Under the pieces are notes generated by a model that searched no databases, was not told the origin of the DNA, and saw only the letters and a list, made by a program, of their open reading frames with translations. DNA of 63,043 nt, counting the filler, from Jimgerdemannia flammicorona (taxonomy: Eukaryota), in NCBI GenBank assembly GCA_003990765.1. It is 3 parts of 3 records of this genome, joined end to end, with 100 filler letters (N's around TTAATTAATTAA, not from the genome) between each part and the next. Parts side by side here need not be neighbours in the genome. Positions count along the whole stretch, not along the records: positions 1 to 20,952 come from RBNJ01001560.1; positions 21,053 to 42,002 come from RBNJ01001561.1; 1 more part is not named here. One strand, written 5' to 3'. Positions 13,201-25,298 of this stretch are shown in pieces. Numbering within the stretch: the stretch's first letter is position 1; every line of letters starts with the position of its first letter. A program made the position numbers and the translations under genes.

Positions 13201-14098
13201 TTGTATTGTTAGAATTATAGACAGCAGTAATAAAGGGCAGTCTAAGGAACTATAAAAAAAAAAAAAAAAAAAAAGCAATAGAATCTCAATAGATATATAA
13301 AATTAAGCATAATAGTAATAGTGATATAGAGTGATATAAAGCTTAATTTGTAATAAAGAGGTATTTACAAGAATATAGTATAGACTATAATGAAACCTTT
13401 TTTCCAGTATTTAAGCTTACTTTATATAGAATACTTCTTGTGATTAAAGCTAAATATAACTATGAAATCTACCAAATGGATATTAAGACAGTCTTCTTGA
13501 ATAGTAACATAGATACAGAGCTATACATCTATTAACTATAAGGATACAAACTATATAATGATAAACAAAAGAAGCTTATATATAAGTTATATAAAGGTCT
13601 TTATAGTATCAAATAAGTGGCAAGACTGTGGAACTAAAAAATTGACAAATATCTCTTGAATAACAGATTTAAGCATTGTGAGACTAATCTATATATACAT
13701 ATATATCTAATATACATCCTTAGAAATAGTATACCTAGGAATTTGGATAGATGATATCATTCTAATTAGAATAACAAGTAAGATTAATAATGTAAAGATA
13801 ATACTATATCAGAAGTTTAAGATAACAGATATGAATAATATATCCTATTTTCTTAGAATATCAATTATATATAATAAGTACAAGTATACAATATACTTAT
13901 CATAAGCTATATATATTTAGACTGTACTTAAATGATTTGATATGAATAAATATAAATCTGTTAGAATATCTATAGAGATATCTATAAGACTAAAGAAGTC
14001 CAACACTATACTTAAAGATAGTGATATCCCCTATTGACAAGCTATGGCATTCCTCATATATCTTATACTTGGGACAAGATCTGATATATTATATGTAG

Positions 14099-15121
14099 TG
14101 TGATGAGTAACAGAATTATACCATCAAAATTATAAATTAGCCATATACCATATTTAGTACATTAAGCAACCAAGACTGCTTTACTGTATCAATCTGTATA
14201 ATTAGCCAGAGATACCAGAAACAGTATGTTTATCTGTACTGAGTAGGTATACTATGTATACTGAGTGGGTATACTGTACTGAGTGGGTATACTATACTAT
14301 CCAGGAATACTTACTATAGATAGCAATCTATAGTTAGTAATATAGTAATCAGATAGCAACTATAACTATATAAAATACCCCAGAGATAAGAGTGAATAAA
14401 CCTCAGTCTGAAATTCAGAATACATTTCAACTCCAGTTTACTTTCCAATATAAAGAAGAGTCTGAAATTTAAAGCAAAAGACAAGTCTATCTACTATACT
14501 TTGAGAGGAACTCTATAGCTACTGCTAGGAGATTGTGAGCTTACTTTCTACTCTGGTCCACTTTCTAATACAAAGAAGAGTTTGTTATGTTTTTAGTTTA
14601 CTTACCAGATAAGTCTGAAGAAATCTGCCAAGTTTGAGAAAGAACTTTACTGCTATTTGAGTAATCTACCACTTAAGGAATAAGCTGTCATTTTCAAGAA
14701 GAATCTGTATTCTCAGAGAGCTCTATAGGAACTTACCATAAGTTAGTCTTCTGATACAACTTCACAGTAGAGCCAGTCTATGACATAACTCTATACAAAT
14801 GAAGCCAGTCTTGATATAACTTGCCAAGAATCTACATCTGAGTTATCCCTACTATCCAAGTTATTTAAGTTATTTGTTCATTCTTAGTGAGCCCAATTTA
14901 GAAGAATCTGCATCATTTTCTATTTCCAGTAAGCTGCTAATTTAGGAGAATCTGTACCAAATTGAGTTATCTGTTAGAAATTACATACTTTTGGAGATTA
15001 CTATCACCTAAGAAGGAAATTACTAAAATTGCCAGACTGCTATATATAAGGAAACTGCTGCACTATATAGAGATCATCATGCAGAAATTATATAAGCATT
15101 ACTTTATACTCACATAACACA
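14099..15121 (+). repeat. ~1 kb LTR-like dispersed repeat, possibly a solo LTR of a third family
   Basis: Begins TGTGATGAGTA and ends TACTCACATAACACA; about 14560-14850 matches the reverse complement of about 34235-34530; no TSD found. Confidence 0.5.
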
Positions 15122-15159
15122 AACTTTGAAATATACTTTTGATCTATTTATTGAAGAAA

Positions 15160-18100
15160 GATACTAAGGTTATAGTGACCAACAAGCAAGCAGACATATA
15201 TACTAGGTCAGGTAGACCTGGGGCCTTTAACTAGCAACATGTCAGATATGGATATAGACTTGAGATGGGGTCTTTTGGTAGTCTGAGTGGGCAGGGCAGC
15301 TTGGGCAGTAGAAGTAGTACTGGTGGAGGAGCCAGAGGATAGAAGGGAAGGAGCTTTGCAGACACACTGAAGGCTGGAGGTTGGCTAGTGAGAGCTCATG
15401 GTGGGCAGGCAGAAGGAAAGAGAAAGCAGAAAGAAGAAGAAGTTGAAGATACTGGACCTCAGCTAGCAGGAGAAAGGGCTAGTGGAGTAGCTAATAGGAG
15501 TAGAGGCAGGACTACTGATGGTGGTGTGACTGAGAATCTGGAAAAAATCCCAGATGTGACTATTGATAGAGGGGCTGGGCAGATGGGTCCAAAGTGGAAG
15601 AGAGACCTGGCTGATGGTATGATAGAGCTAGTGGTAGCACTATTACTCAAGAAGTTGATCTCAGAGTTTATGGCAACCTTGTGCTTCCAGAGCTTAGCTG
15701 TAATGGTGAGAATGGTTCTGGAGATTATCTCAGAGCAGGTGGCTGGAGCTACCTTGGTGAAGTTCCTGAAGGGACTAGAAGGAGTTGAGGTGAGTTTTGA
15801 GGAGGTGGGCCCACTAGAAAAAGTGTTGAGATCTGGAGTAGCTGTTGGTGAGATAGTGGTCCCTATGGTATGGTGTTTGAGGTGAGACCCTAGGGTGGTT
15901 CAGTTACTGATGAAGGGGGTGCCTATGGTGACAAAGGTTGAGACTAAGAGGAGGGTGGAGGAGGTGATGGTAGAGTATGGTGATGTGGTCAATATTGGTT
16001 TCTAGATATGAGAGGGGACCACTTTCAGAATAAGAGATGTAGATATCAGGATTAGACTGGCTGAGAGGGAGGCCATGGAGAAGACAAGTGACTGGCCTTT
16101 GGTGATGATGTGGGGGGCTTTCATCTGTAAGATATCAAGGGTAAAAGAGAGTGAAGAGGAGGAGGAGGACTTGTTGAAGGCTCTGGAGGAGATGAGTGGA
16201 GCTGTAGAGTAGAGGGCAAAGGCCTGGAAGTTGTATGTAGAGTTAACACATTTAGAGATTGTGGATGGGAAACATATTCACACTGACAAGAAGAAGTAAG
16301 AGAGAGCTCAAGGGTACAAGAAGCAGAGAGAGCTGCTAGTGAGTATAGAAGGAGGGGTGAAGAAGAATTCTGAGAGCATTGAGAAGTCTAAGAGTATAGA
16401 GGCAAGTGTCTGGGCTAGTAAGGGAGGAGGAGATACAGAGTAAGACCTGGATGGGGCCAAGAAGATAATGCATAAAGATCTATTTGCTGATGGTATGTTT
16501 GAGATCTGGAAGCTGATCCTAAAAGATACTCCCCCTCTAGTCAGGTGGAGTCCTACTACAAGGGAACAGATAGCTGAGGATGAGCTAATATGGGGCACTC
16601 AGTGAGTATACTTTGGAGTTTCTGGTATGTCAAAAGGAGGACAAATAGTGGTAGTTGGTGAGGATGAGCTGATGGATATCTCAGAGGAGGAGTGGGATGA
16701 GGCTGCAAGTATAGAGACAGATACCACAATGCTGAATGTGGGAAGACTGGAGATGCCATGAGGGAAGGAGGTGGAAAACCTGCTGTAGATGAGTTGGGTG
16801 ATGGATAACCTCACAGCTGAGGAGTTGGGGGAAGTAGATCTGAGAGTGATGAGTGAGGAGCATTAGGTACAGATTCTGTATGGAGATGGAGTAGTGGAGG
16901 CACTGAAGGTGGAGATACTTGCTATTTTCCTAAAGAAGGAGGGATATGAGGTTAATGAGGAGAGAAAGGCTGAGCTGGCAGTTATTACTAGTGAGCAGGC
17001 TGCCTATTGTTGGGTAGAGTAGCATGGTTTACAGCTCTGGCAGGAGGTATGCCTGAAGTATCATGAGGACTTTGAGGAAAAAGAGGATGGAAAGATGGCT
17101 GAGCTTCTGGTTAGACTGGAGGCAAAGATAGCTGAAGAGGAGGAACTGGCTGCTGAATGTAACTTGGACTTAGTATAGGAGAGGTTGAATACAGATTTGT
17201 AGAAGATAGGCTTGATAATTAATATTATTTCTTATAAACAGTACAACTAACATTTTCTCTCTGAATGTGAATGGATTGAGGGGATCTGGACAGTATAAGA
17301 ATATTTTTACTTGGCTTAAGAGATTGGAGGCTGATCTCTTTCTACTGCAGGATATATGGTGTAAGGATGAAGAGGATTAAGTGGAGTGGACTAGAGAATA
17401 GAGAGGAGCTACAGTGTGGATTGGCAAAGTGGTAATTCTGATGAGGAAGAGTAGAGGAGATTTGGGTGGAATCAGGAGCTGGGGGGACCATTTGTGGGGA
17501 GAATGGCATTGGCCTGGGTGGGAGCCAGTGAGAGTAGGCTCTTACTACTGCTCTACAGCTAGGGGTGAGCAGATTATGTAAATTAGGGATCTTTTGAAGA
17601 AGGGCATTCTCTTAGATAAAGGAGTAGATGTTCTGAGAGATGACTTTAATATAGTGCAGAATCTTCAGTTAGATAGAACTGATGGAAGGAGGAGTGCAGA
17701 TAGGAGGAGGTGGAGAACCTTTACTCTTTAGGGGATATGAACAGATTACAGTGAGGAGAAAAGTAGGTCTACACACACTGAGTGAATAGACTGGATATGA
17801 GGATTGACTGGATTCTGATGGCCGAATGCTGGGGCATAGATATCTGGAAGACTCTAGAGGTAGAGTAGTGCCCATAGTCTGATCATTGGGAACTATTGGG
17901 GCAGGGGCAATTTGGTGGGAGTGGAGATGGACTCAGACATTAGCACCTTAACTTCTCCCTGCTGGCTGAGAAAGTATTGTGGGACCCATGGATAGAGGAC
18001 ATCTAAGTGAAGATTGCTAGCTGGATACATGAGGGTTAATCAGTGAGTATCTGGTGGATGAAGTTGAAAGAAACTATGAGGGTTTACTGGGGAGGGGCAG

Positions 18101-20952
18101 GTAGGGATGCTGGGAGGCAGAGAAGGAAAAGAATAAGATGTGCTTCAAATTAGTTGATTAGATTATAGATAGAATGGGCAGATTTGATATCTTCTGGAGA
18201 GGTGGGTGATTGGAGGTTAGAGCATGCAAAATTGGAGGTAATGGAGCTGTAACAGATACTGAGAGAGGAGGAGGAAGTACATATGAAAGGAATGGCAGCC
18301 AGGCTGAGGTGGCAGGGGCTTGAGGAGGTAGAGAGGCCTACTAGGTACTTATCAAGGCTCCTCCAGGCCAGGAGAGTGAGGCATTGATGAGATGGAGTCC
18401 TTGATACAGAGGGGGAAATGGTGTATGGCATACAACAGATCTTGGGAGTACTGAAGGAGAGGTGGAGGGGTCTGTGGAGTGAGGAGGAAGGGGGTGAGGA
18501 TGAGGAGGCAATTGGAGATATGTTGGAGGATTGAGATCTACTACAAGTAGAGGGCCTTGGTGACTTAATCCTATCAGTTCAAGAGGAGGAGATCTAGTGA
18601 GTTCTTATAGCAACTAAGCTTGGAACAGCACCAGGAGAGGATGGGTTACCTTGGGACTTTTGGAAGAAGATGGCAAAGGTTCCTGGAGTGATAGAAGAGA
18701 TGGCAGCCCTCTGTGACCATGTTCTTCTGAATAGTGAGTGAGTTGGTGAGTAGGACTTAGGGTTGGTGACCTTGTTATACAAATATAAGGGGAGGAGAGA
18801 GGACTGGAAGAACTGGAGACTGATCATACTTCTGGATATAGACAGGAAGATGGTGACCAAAGTGATTGTTGCAAGACTATAGAAGGTTACTAAACAGATG
18901 TTGGGTAAGGAGCAGTGGGGCTTTATTAGAGGCAGGCTTATCAGAGGTGGGACTGTCTGGGTTCATGGCATTATTGAAGAAGTATGGGCTTGTGGATTGG
19001 ATGGAAGGCTGGTCTTTTTGGACCAGGAAAAGACCTATAACTATGTTCGGTGGGTATAGCTGGGTAAGGTGCTGGATAGAATTAGTATTCTCAAATGATT
19101 TCAAGCTTCTATGTTGAATCTGTTGGAGGGAAGTAGGGCAGCACTATTGTGTAATGATCACTGAAGTCTAGCATTCTCTTTGAGAAGAGGAGTTCCTCAG
19201 AGAGATCTATTGTCTCTTATCCTCTATGCTCTTTTGCTAGAATCTTTGATGGATAGAATATAACAGAAGGTGGTAGAGTTCTCTATATATGGTGTGGTGT
19301 AGAAGGTGGGGGCCTTTGTGGATGATATGGTAGTTGGACTTAGCTCAGTAGTGGATGTTGAGATACTTAAGGAGACAGTGGAATGGTATGAGATATACTC
19401 TGGGACAAAACTCAACTGACATAAGTATGAGACAATAGTGCTGGGGAATTGGCTAGTAGGAGGGGATATCATTGGAACAATTGTCCCTACAGGAGAGGCA
19501 GTGAGGTATCTGGGCATCTTTCTTTCTATATATGGTTCTGTCTTACCATAGGTGTGGTGGGAGAGGAGAGTGGCCATTTGGGGGGAGGCTCTTAGAGGTT
19601 AGGGAGGTCACCACATCTCCTTAACAGGCTAGGTATCAATTCTGAATATCTACTGGTTCCCCAAGCTGTGGTATATTGCTTATCATTTGGACTTTCTAGC
19701 TTGGATTGTGAAGAGACTAATGAAACTGGCTAGAGATTGGATTTGGGCAGGGTAGTGGTCCCAGATCAGTTGGGATACTCTTGCAATACTGGTGGTTCAG
19801 AGAGGACTAGGTCTAGTGGATTTTCCTAAGAGACTGCATTGTCTGTGAGCAAAAGGACTTTTGAATTGCAGAGAGGGGGCTGGGTGCCACTGATGTAGAA
19901 GGTATAGGAGATAAGATTCTCCCCATAAGGGTCCTCAGGAGATTTTCTATCTCTGGTGGGTTTGGATGGAAGCTGATGGCTACAGTATAAGGGCTTCTGG
20001 TGGGGGGTGATGGATGGAGCACACTGAATAGGCCTGCACTGGTGTAGTAATGAGGGGGAGATGCTGTGGGGTCCAGCTATGTGGCAATAAGACAGACTAT
20101 TTCTGGGGGGTATTCCACTTGCTGAGTTTGACATTGGTGAAGGAGTAGAGTGTCAGTGGGGACTTGGTCAGGATCTATGGCCAAGTAGTTGGCAGGTAGT
20201 GAGGATTGGTGAGGAGTGGGACTGGGCAGGAGTCTGGTCATAGAGTGCTAAAGTGCAAAGGTGGCTCTCTCCCAAGTTCTGAGTGGTATAGTGGTGGATG
20301 CTGCAGAGGAATATCATGTTGAATTTCCATGCTGAACATCTGGTGGATGGTGGACAATTAGATTGTGAGGAGTATTATAATATAGGGCAAGTTGGAGGAT
20401 TTGTACAGATACCAGAATATTGGTTGGGAGAGTGTGAGGTTCTGAGAGACTTTTGGATAGTGGTAGGAGACTAGATAGATATGGAGAAGAGGCCAGATGG
20501 AGAGAGAGGTTACTGGGAGGATTTGAAATCTCAGTTAGTGAGTGGTGTGAATAATGGATGACTCACTATAGGGTGGGTTCTAGCTATATGGGTAGGGCTG
20601 ACTGGACATTGGCTCTTTGTTTTTAAGGAGGGGTAGTAGATGGGTATATAGGAGAAGTTGTTAAGATAAGAGGGGTTGATGGATGATTTGCTGACTGGGT
20701 GGTGGGTTGGTTGGGGTCCCCAGGGTGGGCAATATCACTATCTGGTAGAAGGGATCTATAAACAGAGTAGTGGGTAGATAGTGATAGTGAATAACAAAGT
20801 AGTCTTTTATTAAGAAAGAGTAGAGGGGGGGAGGAGCCCCCTAGGGGGATTGGGTAGGGGTGGGCACAGTGTATTATATAGAGGATAGATAAGGTATTAA
20901 TAAAGGAAGGAGTCTAAGTAACTATAAAAAAAAAAAAAAAAAAAAAAAAAAA
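15160..20952 (+). mobile_element. Second, diverged L1/Tx1-like LINE with poly(A) tail at contig end
   Basis: ORF1 homologue 15388-15885; APE start FSLNVNGL about 17255; RT GAFVDD about 19310; A-tail from about 20926. Confidence 0.88.
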
Positions 20953-21052
20953 NNNNNNNNNNNNNNNNNNNNNNNNNNNNNNNNNNNNNNNNNNNNTTAA
21001 TTAATTAANNNNNNNNNNNNNNNNNNNNNNNNNNNNNNNNNNNNNNNNNNNN
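20953..21052. other. Artificial contig spacer
   Basis: 44 N + TTAATTAATTAA (stops in all six frames) + 44 N. Confidence 0.97.
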
Positions 21053-21873
21053 ACTTTTAAAATCATAATAGCTTTTAAAAAAAAATTTACCAATAATTTT
21101 TTATATAATAATTCTACCTTTGGTAAAAATTTTATAAAAAAAAAAAAAATTGATTTTAAACAAATTGAGATATATTTTTAACAGAAAAACAATATTTCAA
21201 AAAATCATTTTTTTCAAACTTTAATTTATCTATTAAATGATTTTAAAAGACAATCTTATTTACAGACAAAGGGATATATGTATACATAAATATGCAAACA
21301 TATATATTGACAGATCAGTCTTCAATAATTTACAGTACTGATGATGCTTCAAGTCAAATATCTCTGATAGTTTCACAGAGGAAGAAGAAGGCCCAGTGGG
21401 AGCCAAGGGAGTAAACCTAGAGCCAGTGTCAAAGTGAATGGAAGACATGTGGAAAGGCATGTATAAGGGGGACGAATAAAGAACGTAACCAAAAATGCAT
21501 CAGCTGTTTATTGCTACATAGAAATGTGGTCCTTATATACAAAATATGATATCCCAAAAGGAAGGACATGCCACAACTCGGGGCAAACCAAATTAGGAAC
21601 CACATGACCACCAGAGATAGGTAGAGATAAAGGGGGAGCCAATCCCAGTTACAGGATAAAAATCACAAACAAACACAAACAAAACAAATCCAAATCAAGA
21701 TTAAAAAACATCTGCAGATCCCAGAGGGGTGAGCATGAGTGAGGGGTGAGGCTAAAATGGAGCGAGCCACAGCAAGCTCGAGCGAAGCAAGGGACCGAAG
21801 GCAGCAGAGGGGAGCAGAGTAAGGCTGAGACCTCAGAGTGAGTGCGAGACCCCGGAGGGGGCAAGGATGTTTT

Positions 21874-23928
21874 TTAATCCTCTCCAGCAGAGCTGGAGGC
21901 ACTAGAAGGTGATGAAAATGCAAAATAAGAGTGATGGATTAAAGAAGAAATGGAAGGAAGACATGAACGAGCAATCAGAGGGCATCGAGAAAGAGATGAA
22001 AGTCCATGACATGAAAGAGAAGAGTGCAGGACAGTATCAGGACATTGAGCAACCCAATGAGTATGATCAAATGGTATAACAAGAATCGGGGGTGAGAAAG
22101 AAGAGGGAGTATGGAGAGGGTAAGGGGGGAGAGAGGGAAGGGAAGGAGGATAAAGAGGAGAGAGGAGAGAAGAGCAAACAACAGACCATTCAATAGAAGC
22201 AAGCAGATCGCGAATGATAGAAATAGGGTAGGTATGATGATGGACCACAAAGTTGCTAAGAACCTGAATAGCAGACACCCAATCAGAATGACAGGAGCAG
22301 CAAAGTGCAAGATGACGAGCCTTACCATGAACATATTTAAGAAGAGTATGACAAGGATAATTGGACAAGAAGTCAGGGAACTGTTGGAAATGGGAAAAAT
22401 GGGAATAAACAACAGTTTGAAAGAGAGAAAGAGAAATGGAGAGGTTCAAAAAGGGAATACTAGTCATACTGCACACTCAGTTAATGGAATGGTGGGGAGG
22501 GTAGACATCCAAGAACACACTAGGAATATCTATACCAGCAACAGCAAAGACAATAAAGTCATCGATATATCAGTGAAAGAAGATATCTCCAGCTCGGAAC
22601 ACAATAGAAAAAGATGAAGTAATATCACGTAACACACACAACTCATGGGCCAGACCAACAAGGTTGGCAAGGGTGGGGGCACAATTCATTCCCATGGCGA
22701 TACCAGAAGTCTGGTGAAAGGAGCCAAGGGCTGACTCAAAATAATTAGAGCCGCAGACAAGGAGTATAAGCTCAACGATGGAAGCCAGTGAAACTAGGAA
22801 ATCTAAAGGAAAAACAATGGAGCCCAAGAAGTGAAGGCAGGCATTGATCTCATCAAAACGAATAGCAGTATAAAAGGAGGAGAAGTCATCAGAGGCCAAA
22901 TGGGAAAAATGGTGAACAGGCACAATGGTAGAGCAGAGAAGGGCGAGCTCCTGAGTATCATGAAGAATGGTATACTCAGGCCCAAGATGGTGTTATAAGA
23001 GAGCCATCCAGGAGAGAAAGAAGTGGGATAACTACTTCAAAATCTCAGTGGTAGGAGAACTGTAAGCAGCCATAATGGGACACCAAGCCAAAATAGGCTT
23101 GTAAACTTTAGGAAGAGTATAGAAAACCGGAAAAGAAATATCCAGGGAGGACAAAGAGTCCTGGAAGAAGTTAAAAATGGGGTTCGTGAATGGGGAATCC
23201 AAAAGCAATCTGGCACGAGCCAGAGAAACCCAAAGAAGAGTGAGAATCTCATCCAATCCAAGAGCACTAGGCTCATAAGCCATGGCTCGAAGGAGGGCAG
23301 AAAGGCCATCAAGGTAGAGCAACTTAGGAATAAGTGCAAAACCATGATTCTTATCAGTAACTGTGAGCAAATGCATAGGCAGTTGCTTGACCGATTTAAG
23401 CATGGTATGCATGGTACAGTCTGAAACCAAGCAAGAGTGAGCATGTCCAAGAACAGACAGTGAACAAGCCATGTCGAGGAATACGCAGTATAAAGAGACA
23501 TTGGGAGAGGGGACTCAATCACTAGGAACAAAATAGCGAGAGGGCATCTCACCACGATCTTGAAAGAAAATAGCAAGGTCAAAAGCATGATGAAAACATG
23601 TGAGATGAGCCAGATCAGTGAAGGAGAATTGTGAGGGAGTCACAGGAAAGACAAAGCGAGGATCCAAGGATAAGGCAAAAACTTGAAGGGGAGAAAGGGG
23701 GCAGTCAGCCAAAGAAAAAGAAGGAGACAAAAGAGTTCCAAGAGAAGAGTAAACCCAAAAGTTCGGGACAAGTAACTGGGAAAGATGAAGGGGGGACAAC
23801 ATGAGAAACTACTCAGGGTACACCAGAAGTGACAACAGAATCTGAGAAGGGATGGGGACACTGGGGGAGAACCATGCCGGGGGGAAGTTTAAGAGCAGGA
23901 GGCCTTCCCCTTCTCTCTGACTTTTTTT
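21874..23928 (-). pseudogene. PLE family 1 reverse transcriptase (ORF2)
   Basis: Fragments 23515-23802, 23032-23472, 22570-22923 and 21874-22476 carry PLE N-terminal, palm and thumb motifs. Confidence 0.85.
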
Positions 23929-25118
23929 GAAGGTGGCAAACCCGATGAACGGAAGCACACCCCATCAGAGTGCCACACCTTGTGACCACAGGCTTTCATA
24001 CAGCCCTTACATTCAGGGGTATGGGTGGAGGAGGCAGAGGAGGAACCGGCGGAAGAGGCCAAAGGTAAGCGAGCAGCTGAAGGGGCAGTAGTGCAAGGAA
24101 CACCACCATGAGGACAGATGGACTTGGCTGGGTGCCAGTAGGCATGGTGGAGGCGACTGGAGCAGACAGCGCAAGGCCAGGCCCCGACAGAGTGAGAACC
24201 AAGTTGGCGGCCATGCTTGGGGGCAGGGGGAATGGAGGAAGAAGCCTTGGCAGGGGAGTGAGACTGGGAAGAAGCCGATGAAGCTTGATTGGACTTAGTG
24301 GAGGTCTTGGTGGGGGTCTTAGAGGGGGCCTTGGCGGTGGCAGCAGCAAAGGAATGAATCTCAGCATGAGCAGCAGTACAAGCTTCAGCACAAATGGCCT
24401 CAGAGACCGAAACCTCAGGGGAGGTAGGCAGGGGAGCAGTGGCAGCAGCACGAGCAGTGGCGGCGGCACATGACATCTTCTGCTCGTGAAGGCAAGCAAT
24501 AAAGGAGGTGCTGGTGAGGAGGAAATGATGCACAGCATTGATATTGGCAGCAACAGAAGGAATATCTTGGATGGCAAAGCCACAGAAGGGGGCAGCATCC
24601 AAAAGGCAAGAGGAGGCAAAGGCCATGAAGACGGCACAGACATAGTGGAAGGAGGTGGAGGCAGTAATGGCAGAAGTAGCGGCAGCATCAGCAGTGATGA
24701 GCTTGGCAGTGGCAGTGGCAATACAAACCTCTTCAGAGAGGGCTTGGCGGTGGGCCTCATGGAGAACGGAGTAGCAGATGGTGGGCAGAGTGATGACATT
24801 GACATCATGATGGAGATGAGTCTCCTTGGCAGAGAGGACAAGAACCGACTGGAACTGGGAGAGGAGTGGATGACCAGAGGGACAAAGGTCCAAGGAGAGG
24901 GAAAGGATGGCAGATGAGACATACATCTTGAACAAGACAGTGGTAGGGGTGAAGGTGGGGGGAGGGGGAGAAGGAAGCTCCTCATCCATGAGCTTGTTGA
25001 TAAGGACAGAGGCCCCGAGGACAGGTGGTACAGCAGAGGAGGAAAAAGGCCCAGCGGGAGCCAAGGGAGTGAACCCAGAGCCAGTGTCAAAGTGAACGGA
25101 AGACATGTAGAAAGGCAT
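23889..25118 (-). CDS. PLE family 1 ORF1, Ala-rich, with two CX2CX8WHX4-5C motifs (409 aa, open)
   Basis: CAVCSSRLHHAYWHPAKSIC and CKGCMKACGHKVWHSDGVC near the C-terminus; directly upstream of RT. Confidence 0.75.
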   Translation of the reverse strand: MPFYMSSVHFDTGSGFTPLAPAGPFSSSAVPPVLGASVLINKLMDEELPSPPPPTFTPTTVLFKMYVSSAILSLSLDLCPSGHPLLSQFQSVLVLSAKETHLHHDVNVITLPTICYSVLHEAHRQALSEEVCIATATAKLITADAAATSAITASTSFHYVCAVFMAFASSCLLDAAPFCGFAIQDIPSVAANINAVHHFLLTSTSFIACLHEQKMSCAAATARAAATAPLPTSPEVSVSEAICAEACTAAHAEIHSFAAATAKAPSKTPTKTSTKSNQASSASSQSHSPAKASSSIPPAPKHGRQLGSHSVGAWPCAVCSSRLHHAYWHPAKSICPHGGVPCTTAPSAARLPLASSAGSSSASSTHTPECKGCMKACGHKVWHSDGVCFRSSGLPPSKKVREKGKASCS

Positions 25119-25298
25119 GTATAAGGGGGACGAACAAAGAACATAACCGAAAATGCATCAGCTGTTTATTGCCATGTAGAAATGCAGTCCTTATATACAA
25201 AATATGATGTTCCAAAAGGGAGGACATGCCACAACTCGGAGCAAACCGAATTAGAAACCACATGACTGCCAGAGATAGGCAGAGATAAAGTGGGAGCC

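Larger units (their letters stand above)
7516..13274 (+). mobile_element. L1/Tx1-like LINE, near full length, decayed, with poly(A) tail
   Basis: ORF1 about 7596-9512; ORF2 with AP endonuclease (IFSLNVNGL...LLQD, SDH) and RT (WQPIMLLN, DPLLPILYALSLEPL, AFADD); A-tail 13255-13274. Confidence 0.92.
3958..14098 (+). mobile_element. Heavily decayed Ty1/Copia element, interrupted by a MITE (6356-7477) and a LINE (7516-13274)
   Basis: gag (IKDEDKVLVLIYSLPEVYNIVVT, 4721-4924); protease WLIDSDA about 5275; integrase about 5410-5900; RT from ENNIWD at 6338 resuming at 13275 (AIES*WIYKIK-like, QMDIKTVFLN, WIDDII). Possible short LTR and decayed PBS at about 3958-4131. Confidence 0.85.

Noticed and set aside
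20953..21052. TTAATTAATTAA within N runs (also 42003-42102) as a biological motif, or cross-gap linkage of elements
   Set aside because: Artificial six-frame-stop spacer. The pieces have descending lengths (20952, 20950, 20941), consistent with size-sorted contigs, so the two Gypsy A halves cannot be assumed to be one insertion.
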